This document shows, in pieces, positions 53,184-64,000 of a stretch of DNA of 64,000 bases. A model generated the notes under the pieces. That model was not told the origin of the DNA. It saw only the letters and a list, made by a program, of their open reading frames with translations, and made no database searches. This DNA is from Mytilus trossulus (lineage: Eukaryota): contig NC_086379.1 of NCBI RefSeq assembly GCF_036588685.1, positions 36,394,001-36,458,000 of the forward strand, given 5' to 3'. The translations under genes and the position numbers were made by a program. How positions within the stretch are numbered: the stretch's first letter is position 1; the number at the start of each line of letters is the position of its first letter.

Positions 53184-53649
53184 TTTTTATGCTCCACCTA
53201 CGATAGAAGAGGGGCATTATGTTTTCTGGTCTGTGCTTCTGTCCGTCCGTCCGTCTGTCCGTGCGCCCGTTGGATTCAGGTTAAAGTTTTGGGTCAAGGT
53301 AGTTTTTGATGAAGTTGAAGTCCAATCAACTTGAAACTTAGTACACATGTTCCCCATGATATGATCTTTCTAATTTTAATGCCTAATTATAGTTTTGATC
53401 CCAATTTCATGGTCCCCTGAACATAGAAAATGATAGTGCGAATTTCAGATTAAAGTTTTTGGTCAAAGTAGTTTTTAATGAAGTTAAAGTTACATCAACT
53501 TGAAACTTAGTACACCACATGTTCCTTATGATATGATCTTTCTAATTTTAATTCCAAAATAAAGTTTTGACCCAAATTTTACGGTCCACTGAGCATAGAA
53601 AATGATAGTGCGAGTGGGGCATCCGTGTACTATGAACACATTCTTGTTT
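53184..53649 (+). mobile_element. Helentron-associated non-autonomous element (HINE/DINE-1/pearl-like)
   Basis: T-run start TTTTTATGCTCCACC, (GTCC)n microsatellite, two about 155-bp tandem units, 3' hairpin GTGT..ACAC then TTCTTGTTT. Confidence 0.7.
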
Positions 53650-56463
53650 GTACATATATGAAGCTGTTAGTTCTCCCGATTAAATTGTTTTACATTTGTC
53701 CTTTCTGGGTTTTTTCCTGACTATGTGGTCTGGGCTTTGCTCATTGTTGAAGGCCGTACAATGACATATAGATGATTATTTCTGTGTCATTTGGTCTCTT
53801 GTGAAGAGTTGTCCCATTGGCAATCAAACCACATTTTATTTTTATATATGACGTTGGTTTTCTAGTTTTCTCAATTCAATACTTCACATTTTTTTTCATA
53901 TCAGTGACTTTTAAAGCCGACTGACTATATGGTATGAGTTTTTCTCATTATTGAAGGCTTTATGGTATACTATAATTACTCGCACCAATTTCATTTGAAC
54001 TTTGGTGAATAGTTGTCACATTGGCAATCATATATCACATCTGCCTATTTCCATATTAGAAACAACAGGCAACTATTTGAAATAACTACACAAAACAAAG
54101 GACCATGGACAGCATACAACCTCGAAGGATAGCGCAAAAATATTACTAAAATAACGCAAGTACCACCACACTAACAACTACAGTCTACTGAATTATCTCA
54201 TGGAATAGTAAGCATCGAACGATGTAACAATCATCCAATCAAAAGACAGAGGACTACGACGAACAAACAAAAGAATTTTTATAAATATCTCAACCTATAA
54301 ACCAGAGATTTCTCTTACTTATCCAAACTGATCGTTTAAAACGTAAAAAAAACCCAGATTATGGAGTCAGTTTTCCACTTAGTTTCATTTTCTGTGTAAA
54401 TCGCTTATATCAATGCAAAGTGCTGCCGAGAAAAACTTTATTGGAAAAGAATTTTTTTAGAGATATAAGAAGATATGGTATGAGTGCCAATGAGACAACT
54501 CTCCATCCAAGTAACAATTTATAAAAGTAAACCATTATAGGTCAAGGTACGACCTTCAACACGGAGCATTGGCTAACACCGAATAGCAAGCTATATTAAA
54601 ATAGCCCCAAAATTTCTAGTGTAAAACCACTCAAATGGGAAAACCAACGGGCCAATCTATATATCAACGAGAAACACGTCACGTATGAACTACATAAACA
54701 GACGCCAACCACTGTACATCAGGTTCCTGACTTAGGACAGGTGCACACATTTGAAGCGGGATTAAACGTTTTAATCAAACTGTCTCCCTTTTCTGAAACA
54801 ATGGTATAACATCACAATATAGAAAGAAACACTATAAAATATCAATTGAAAGGCTTAACTAAGAATATAAAATGGAACGGGGAATGCGTCAAAGAGACAA
54901 TTAAAGAGCAGAAAACAACCCAATGATCTTCAGTCCAGCCAGAAAATCCCACAACAAGGGCTATATTCAGCTGACCCCTGAACAATAATTTACAAGTATA
55001 CTGCTTCAATGAAATGGATATCACTCTTAACTCCGAAAAATACCGGTATATAAAATTTATACTAGTATATATATTTACAGCAGAGCATTTGAACCGAGCG
55101 AGCGTGTTGCTTTCTCCAAGTTGCAACATGTTTGCTGATAACTCATAATCAATTCGCCTTCAGATTTTAAAGGACTTTGTGTTATTTAACTGTTTGTGCA
55201 TTATAATAAGAATAAAGTTTCGTGTACGCTTTCGAAAATATTACACAGAATGTTTTAGATTCTGAAACGGTAAATTGAACACCAGATTTTAAGTGGTATT
55301 CGTTAAAGTTGAAGTCATGCCTTCGAATGTTTAACGAACTGTTTCTCATAATTTGATTTACCAATATGGAATATCTGTGTCATAGATACAATATAAATTC
55401 CTCTCGTCCGAGCTACAATTGATGGCCCTTTTTTTGCGATTGTGTTTTTAGGGAATGTGACTTATCACCAAAATGAACTTGCCCTTAACAGAAAGGGTGC
55501 CAATAGTTGGAACTGCTTATCTGTACGTAAGAGCTGATTTCATCCCAAGGTTTTGTGAGGTTCTTGTTGCTCCCTGTTCAGTTTTCTGTTTAATATTGGT
55601 TTGTTTTTGTTTGCCTATACATTTGTTTTTGAATGAGAAGCACTAGAAAATGAAACCAAGTTACAACCGATCATCTATAAACCCTCATGCAGCTTGACAT
55701 ACGAATTTTAAAACATTACACTGCAAATCAAATTTTTACAAAAGAGTAGGTGACCACCATGCACTTGAAATGCACTTTCATAAGAATAGTAGAATAGAAT
55801 GATATACAAATGGATAAAAAATATATATGCATATATCAATATAATATATAACAATAAACCAGTTTATACTGATTTGTATCACTACAATATAACAGTTATT
55901 GCGGTGAGGTTGAATTTACAGTAATTTATTCATCTTCCACGCACGAGCTTGTCTCATAAAAAATTATATCTCTGTACATTACCCTCAGTTTCAGGTATAT
56001 AGATGGTTTTTATTCTGAAACAAGTGCTTTTGACCATTCACAAGAACTTGCGATCATCCGATGTTCAGTACTTCAGTACTTTGATTTGCACTTAACAATA
56101 CATATGTGTAAATTATATAGAAATGCTTAAATAGTAGAATTAATGTTACGATGGCATTTCTCTTGTAATATTATAATAAATCATTGCATTTCATGTTTTT
56201 TACGAATATGAGCAGTATGTTATTATAAATACAATTAGTACAATTTTGAATTGTCGGTTTAAGTACCACTCAAAGAATATGATATTACCATCAAAATAAA
56301 CAGGAAGACACAATTTACATATTACTCTGGCTACAAGTACAACATGCAATAAACTAGTTATAATTTTCACTTCTGAACTATTGAATATAATATTCTACAG
56401 ACCACTCAGCAAGAAGGCTGTAATTTACAATTTATCCAAACAAACGAAGAGAAAATAAATAAG

Positions 56464-59400
56464 ATGAAGTTTGGTACAGCATTTTTTCAAACCAAACCTG
56501 TGGAAAAGTTATTATGCATTGGTATAAGTGTTGGAATACTTATAATATTGGTCTTCTTCTTAGCAATAGGAATAGTGATATACAATTCTGGGAGATGTCA
56601 TGGTACTGCGTTGACAGATACTCAACTGAAGCAGTTGATGGAAGCGCTCAACCAGGAGCCGTCTGATAATTCCGACAGAAAAATTGTCGGTAAGCTTATT
56701 GTCATTTTGTACGAGAAATGAAATCAATTAAATAATATCTGAACAGAAAATAATGAAAATGAGACACAAAAAAAATATAACCAAAAAATAAACCTGTGAT
56801 AATACTGCTTCTATTTGTACCAGGATGCTTAAAATCAATCCAAAATATATTTTTTTTAAATGTACTTTTATTTACAACATACATGAACAGCTAAAAATCT
56901 CAAGTGACAAATTGTAATTGATCAAGACGAATCCTTCAATAAGATGTATTGCCTCCTACTGTAGGGTTTATCATTTACAAATTAGGCCATATTATATCAT
57001 ATTCCCTAAAAAATAAACAAGTCAATCAAACCCCTTGAGGACCTTAATTGACTGAGGGGTGGACAGGGGTAAGGAGACAGGGGAATGAGGGATCAGAGAA
57101 AAGGGAGTATCTTGGAAATATATTTCGTCATTTTTATTTTGTCTTGGAGCAAGGAGATGGAAGTATTGAGTAAGGGGCCGGGGGGGGGGGGGGGGGTGAT
57201 TTTAGGGTAAAAAGGGAAGGGAAATATACTTGGGGCTAAGGAGTAGAAACTGTTCAGAAGAAAGTTATTGGGTACCCCACTTGAGTACCCCACATACATA
57301 TGACCATAAATTGGCTTTGAAATTAGATATTACAAATGATGATTAAAAAAGACTTATTAATTGACACTAACGGTATCGTAAAAATGACAGTTGTGGTGCT
57401 TCATAGTCATTGATAGTAGATGTCATCCCTTCCTCTTCGGACATTTTTCAAAACTGGCCAGATATGTTTAATACAACTTGTCTGTAAAGGGTAAAATAAA
57501 CACATAAATAAGATACCAGCTATAACGATCTATAACATTAAACATGGAACAGAAATTGAACCCGTGCAAGGTTTCAGCCGCAGTGGTTTTCAACAGTAGC
57601 GAGTATTTTGAGACAACCCCCAAGTTTGTATTTTTCGTTATACTGATAACACTTGGCTGCCTAATACTGTAAACCAACTTATTTTCGCGGATACTTTATT
57701 TCGCGTTTTACCCTTTCTAGGCCACTTCGCGGCTATTTAATTTCGCTATTTTCGGATTTACTTGATGAAGTTTAATAAGGAAAGATCCAAGGTTTACATA
57801 TTCGCGACAATTTATATTCGCGTTATTTTTCTACTCGCGAAAGTCGGGAAAATAAATCGCTCGCGAAAATAAGTTGGTTTACAGTATATCGAAATCTATG
57901 TTTTCTTACGTAATAACTCTACCTTCATCGTTGTATATTCGCCACAATGTCTGTTATGCATGTACATGGTCGTATTTATCAATATAGTATGCTGCTCGGC
58001 AATGGCGACCTTGAAATTCCTCTGGTCCGATAATGGCGCTAAATTAGAGGGAAGCAACTGGCGCGATCAATCAAAATTTCGCTTTTTGATAACAAACATA
58101 ATACGATAACCACATTTATATTCAGCCATCGTTTATTGATATAATTAAAAACAATAATTTATTAAAGCCATCAATAAAGAATTCAAAATTAAGTAATTAA
58201 TTAGTGCATTGAAATCATACCTTATGGGACAGAGGGGTTAAACAAAAGCCCTTAACTTTTTTTAAAAGCCTGGTGACCCTATTTTATTTTACCTTAAAAT
58301 GTCCGAAAAGTTCATAGCTTTGACATATCTGTTTTTAAAAAAAAATCTACAGGGAAAATTTTACGAAAAATCGTTTAAACTAATATTGTTTGCCTTAAAC
58401 TGAAATTAGAAAATGTAAAATTTAGACATTAATCTGAAAATAAAAGGATTTTTAAGTCAAAAACAGCCAAGGGAAAGGTTTACATTTCAAATTCTAATGG
58501 TTTTTTTTTTTACATAAAAATCAAACTGACTTGGTTTTAAAAGTCTTTGAATTTGATGTTACCGTTATTGTTGAAAGGGTGGGCATGTTTGGAAATAGGA
58601 TCAAAATCGCACATTTCGCTTCAATTTGAGGGGAAACGAGCCTGGTGACCACCCTTTTTTCTTTGCATTTTTTGATTCAACATAAAAAAATCTACAGAAT
58701 ACGCAAAAATAAAAAAAAACTATCGGGGGTCATTATTAGGGTGAGCCACCTTAAGATAATAGTTTTTTTTTTTAAATTTGCGCCTTTTATGAGCTAATGG
58801 TTAAAAATATGCGCATTACATGCATTAAACATATAAAATCATATTTCCCTATTTCTCAATGGTAAGTTTGTTCCTTATGTTTACAGAAAATAAATAGTAT
58901 AAAATTAAAATATATCAAATGTGAAACTGAAAAATAATGTGATTGATATTTTGAGCGTTAGGAGAGCAAATGCAAAAATGATAAAATGCAATCTTTCCAA
59001 CGAACGGGTTAACATGTTTTGTATTTGATGTTAGATATATTATGAATATAATTTGTAGCTTTACCTGTCTATCAAACAATGTGATGATTTATTAGATTTA
59101 TGTTTAAAATGAACGAACAATAACTTCTGGTTCTTTTAAATTTCTATGTCATTTGGTCTTTTCATACTCAATCTTCTATAACTCTTCAAATATGCCTATG
59201 CGATCCTCGAAAACCGTTATTGGTACTATTTATAAAAAATTAAATGTGAAAAACATCACTCAAAATAAACGTACCATACACTCTAAATTGAGTACTAAAC
59301 TCACTGTAAGCTAACAATATATATCTAAACATTTTATTTTTATTTCAAGGATCATGTGGTAAGAAGAATTTAGCATTTCAAAAGAAATGTGGACAAAGTT

Positions 59401-60796
59401 CATATATGGATGGATATGAATGTGGTTTGGCTGTTGATGGGAATTTCAGTAATTATATACACACAAAATTTTTCTGGAAGAATAATGCTTATCACGGAGA
59501 AAGCAACCCGAATTGGTGGGTTGATTTGGAAAGTAGTTGTATGATTAAACTAATCAAAATATACAACCGAAAAGATTGTTGTGGTAAGTTTTCTATAAGA
59601 AGCAACTATTTGGTGCGTTTGACCTTGTATGATAAATCTCGATATGAAAGTACCCCTTAATGAATTCAAATTCATGATGTCATAGGTACGCTTCCGGCGT
59701 CAAACAAAAACACCAGTCGTACACGGTTCATGTACACTTAAGAAAATTGACAAAAAGGAGACTAAAAGGTGAAAAAGTGATTTATTTGTTTCTACATGTA
59801 TTGAAGAAATCGCATGTCAATACACTCTGGAATTCAAAGTATTCGCTTCACTTAGTTACACATTACAGGAAGGTAAATTTAGAATCGTACGCTGATCATC
59901 ATCCAATCAGAACCATACATACAAAATAAATAGCATTATTATCCCATACCTTTGGCAATCCAAATGGTGAAGTTGAAATCATCCATCGTAATTTTTCGGA
60001 CGACACCACGAGTTGGTTGACTGTTATGGAGTTACCGTTTCACAGATGATATCGGATATGTTCCTTATGTCGTGACTAAAACCCATTACCTTTTTCACCA
60101 CGAATATGACTTACCGAATAAAACTATTTACTGGGTTTGTTATAGCATTATCAACACGACGGATGCCATATGTGGAGCAGGATCTGCTTACCATTTCGGA
60201 GCACCTGAGTTCACTCCCAACTTTTGGTGGAGTTCGTGTAGTTTATAGTTAGTTTTCTATGTTTTGTCTTTTGTACTATTATTTGTCTGTCTGTTTGTTT
60301 TTTATTTATTTTTTTAGCCATGGTGTTGTCAGTTTATTTTTGTTATCTTTCGCCCCTCCTTCATATCTCAAATGTACACACTTAAATTCGGGAAACTAAA
60401 TTTCAAGCATATTTAAAAAATAACAAACAACTGCATGCATGCACTTTATTATCAGTGATCATAACAGTAATACGCATGCATGTATAGAGGAAGCGAAACT
60501 ACCCTAAGAAAAACATGAAACCGTGGCAATTTTGAATCCTCGTATTAATTTTGATAAAGAATTTGTGTGAATATATTTTCATAGGTACAAGATTCCGCAA
60601 CGTTGAAGTTACCATCGGAAACTCATTATCAAGCATGAAGGTTTGTGGGTTTTATCATGGCTCAGCTGCAAAAGGAGAAATAATATCTATATCTTGCAGA
60701 GAACCAATGGTAGCACGTTACGTCAAGTTGGCGATTAAGGACCAGAATACAGAAGAAGCAATATTAAACTTTGCTGAAATTCAAGTGTTCTCTTAG
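56464..60796 (+). CDS. F-type lectin 3: type II membrane-anchored; exons 56464(or acceptor 56401)-56689, 59350-59583, 60585-60796
   Basis: Internal hydrophobic helix LLCIGISVGILIILVFFLAIGIVIY joined by a phase-1 intron to GSCGKKNLAFQKKCGQSS...AVDG...HT...NPNWWVDL...YNRKDCCGTRF...EIQVF; AATAAA after the stop. Assignment of the first exon is inferred. Confidence 0.85.
57667..57884. mobile_element. TA-target MITE (Tc1/mariner-type)
   Basis: TA|CTGTAAACCAACTTATTTTCGCG...CGCGAAAATAAGTTGGTTTACAG|TA; a decayed relative lies at about 17296-17500. Confidence 0.85.
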
Positions 60797-62106
60797 AAAA
60801 TAAAAAAAGTATTTTCGTTTCTGTGTGTGTTACATTTTAATGTTGTGTTTCTGTTGTGTCGTAGTTCTCCTCTTGTATTTTATGTGTTTTCCTCAGTTTT
60901 AGTTTGTAACTCGGATTTTTTTTTCATTCGATTTATGAATTTTGAACAGCGGTATACTACTGTTTCCTTTATTTAGACATCTAAATTTGATTTTGGTTCT
61001 TTGTGTATTTTGTTTCATTGACAATTATTCAATAATTTTAATACTCATGACTTCTGTTTATGGTTCCTGAAAGCATTTCTGAATCATACAGTAATTGCTT
61101 TGTTTGTTCTTATTTCCTTCCATCTATCGAACGATAACTCAAGTACCCCTGGTTTGTTGGACATATATCGTTTACAGATGGAATGTATAAAGAAAATGGA
61201 AAGTCGATTTTCTATAATTAAGATCAATAGGTCAGATGTCAAATAAGAATGGAGCATATTTACAAGAAATGGTGTCCGGATGTTAACTTGAGTTTCTCAT
61301 ATTTGATTAGGTTAAAACTTAATCAGATGACAGTTAACGTTATCAGGCAGGAAAAATGACCTATTGAATATTGGGTCAAGGGGTTAGAGGTCATTGTTAT
61401 TGATACTAAAAATTGAAAACATCTATAACAATTTGAATTTGTATGTTTATCTGAGTTTCCCCTGAATGACTGGAGTTCCACTTGTGTAGATAGACGATAT
61501 AAAGAAGGGAATTAAACTTAATAAATTTGGCGTCAACGAGTAAAAGGTCAACGTCACTGTTAGACAGATTTTTTCTACAAAAGATGGTTTCCAAATGGTA
61601 ACTTGTGCCTTCTTGGATTCATTTGATAAAACTTGTAAAGGTGATGAATTTTGCGTAAATGGATTGAAGATCAATTTCATTTTTAATTAATATCCAGACT
61701 TTAAGAGATAAGAACATCAGTAAACATCGGCTGCCTAAAACTGCTTACATCCACCTCATTTGAACTATGATGAATAGTTGTCTCACTGGCAATCATACCA
61801 CATCGCCTTTTTTTTATATCTACGGTGGCCTCCTAATTTTCTATTTTTACATAAATTATCAAATGAATCTAATATACCACATGACTAACAATCCGCAACT
61901 TGCAACACATCTCTGTAGACAAAAAGAAGTATACTGGATTCGAAAATGGGTCGCTTCATCCTCTGAATTACTTATGTTTGGAAACCACTGTAACTAACCA
62001 TCATTCAAATCAATACTAACCTACAGCTATCAGTTCGGATATTGCAATTCACAGACTTTCCAACCAGTTTGCATTGGAAAAGATGAAAGGAGAAAAGATC
62101 CGTTCT

Positions 62107-62281
62107 TAGTTATCAAAAGTACCAGGATTACAATTTTATACGCCAGACGCGCGTTTCGTCTACATAAGACTCATCAGTGACGCTCATATCAAAATAGTAA
62201 AAAAGCCAAATAAATACAAAGTTGAAGAGCATTGATGACCCAAAATTGCAAAAAGTTGTGCCAAATACGGCTAAGGTTATT
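62107..62281 (-). ncRNA. 5'-truncated retrozyme copy with intact hammerhead (62140-62185)
   Basis: High identity to the first half of the 358-bp unit; perfect core and GCGC loop. Confidence 0.9.
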
Positions 62282-63815
62282 TAAACTTTTCTTTGCGAAC
62301 ACAGGTATTGTTATCATCAACTTCGGCAATATCCTTCAGCATTATTCAGATAATTCAAAAATACCTCCCTATTTTATAGACCAGTCTGTACCTATCATTT
62401 TGTATATCTTCTGGTATACCAAACCAATTGCAACTTCTAGTATATATATTTTTTTATTACAAACACGTGTTGCAGATTCTCAATATTAACGACTTTTAAC
62501 CCTATTAAACCTACTGATTGAACCTGTGCTAGTTCCCCATTCACATATAATCCAGCTGGCCACGTTATAACCGGTAACTTTAAACTTGACAATAACACAA
62601 ATTTGTTATCCAAAATCCTAGAATATCGTAAACCTAAATCCATCAATTAGAATCACAACTTATGTGATTATACCAGGCAATGAGCTAAACACGAAAATGA
62701 AGACGTAAATACCCTTCCTGAATGGATTTAGGCTGTGAGGTAACACAAATAAGAATTAAGAAACTGAATGGGTCTATTAATACCCATGCTACATTTATCT
62801 TTAAAGACCCACATAGTGCTTTTAAAGCACTTGTCCTACCTCCAGGAAAAATATGTTGTTGTCTCCGCAGATAAAGCCCCAAACAACATATTTTTGTGTG
62901 TAAATCACATTATATAAATTTCTTGATAAATGAATAAGATATTTACAATTCACTTGGAAACTCAACATATACCCCCACGACACTCACTAAAAGAAATCCT
63001 GGATAATCATAGGTCTGTGTTCCTTTGGAATTTCGACCAGAGATGGAGACCTGTTTATTCACTGAATTAGATTCACAAATTACATGTGTGTTCTTATGTA
63101 CAATGGTATATTTCTGGGTATTTTTAATGTTCCACGAAACCTCAATCTAAATGATAAACATCAATATGATCAAAAATCAAAGCCGGGCTTCAAATATATT
63201 GTGAAACTACATACTTCTAGAGGTGGCGTTAATCAGATGGAGATACTAAAAAGATCTTTTCAATAACCACTTATCAAAGACACTTTCACCTTGCAATAGC
63301 ATAAACGCATTTGAATTTTCTACACCTGACACAAGTAATCCCCATTCCAAACTGAAAGACAAATTGAAAAAATTGATCCTGCTTTGTTGCATTAAAATGA
63401 ATGGCCAACGTAGATACAAGTATCTTGTCTTAGGGAGAGATACAACCTCATTTGTTAGAAAATCACTCTGATTCAAACAACAGTTTTTTTTTTGATCTGA
63501 CATTATCAAGATTGTTGATTTATCGATTGCAGGACGTTTTTTCAACAAATGATCGGCATTCCCATGGAGAAAACTGTGTCTCTCTTCTTGCCGACTAGTT
63601 CCTTTATTCATATAAGGTCGATTTCACTTAGAAACTTATTAGGTAGAAAGAAAAGAAGATAACAGTATCTTTAAATCCTAAATCTTTACCTTCGGCTATG
63701 TAGATAATGTGCTCTCACTAAATAATTCAAAATGTGGTTACTTTATATGTTAAACGAACCTATCACATCGAACTGGAGATAAAGGAAACAACAGTTACTG
63801 TTGAGTCTTATCATA
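62282..63815 (+). pseudogene. Decayed Penelope-like element ORF (N-terminal region + RT)
   Basis: Frameshifted segments IPPYF.DQSVPII, YNPAGHVITG, VVVSADKAPN (PLE DKG/DKA motif), GVNQM.ILK, QMIGIPM, F.YVDNVLSLNN (YxDD-derived). Confidence 0.75.
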
Positions 63816-64000
63816 TCTTGACTTATCCTTCCCGAGCTCCTTCTATCAACCCTAGGTTTTGGTTAGGTTCGTTCTGCTCAGTCTTTGGGTTTCTATGTTG
63901 TGATTTGTGCACTTTAATTGTTTGTCTGTTAGTCTTTTTCATTTTTTAGTCATGGCATTGGTTTTTTTTCTCGACTTATTAGTTTGAATGTCCCTTCAGT

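Overview
AT-rich, intron-containing animal genomic DNA. The repeat families point to a bivalve, most likely a Mytilus mussel (inference). Host genes: three paralogous F-type lectin (fucolectin) genes on + (two secreted with a coiled-coil neck, one with an N-terminal membrane anchor) and one short multi-exon cadherin gene on - (signal peptide, about 3 cadherin repeats, TM, PCDH15/Cad99C/CDHR5-like). The rest is dense with mobile DNA: a decayed full-length BEL/Pao LTR retrotransposon, a LINE fragment, Penelope-like RT remnants and several MITEs, including a multi-layer nested insertion at 38.4-52.9 kb. The most striking signal is invisible to the ORF track. It is a family of type I hammerhead-ribozyme repeats (non-LTR 'retrozymes', two sub-families) with at least 9 recognisable ribozyme cores. 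Three near-identical 358-bp tandem units sit in sense orientation inside the BEL/Pao pol gene. Other copies lie in sense in or just behind lectin genes or abut Penelope-like RT remnants. The units also carry a second conserved RNA-structure module with compensatory changes whose function I cannot assign. All coordinates were read by eye; no searches were run.
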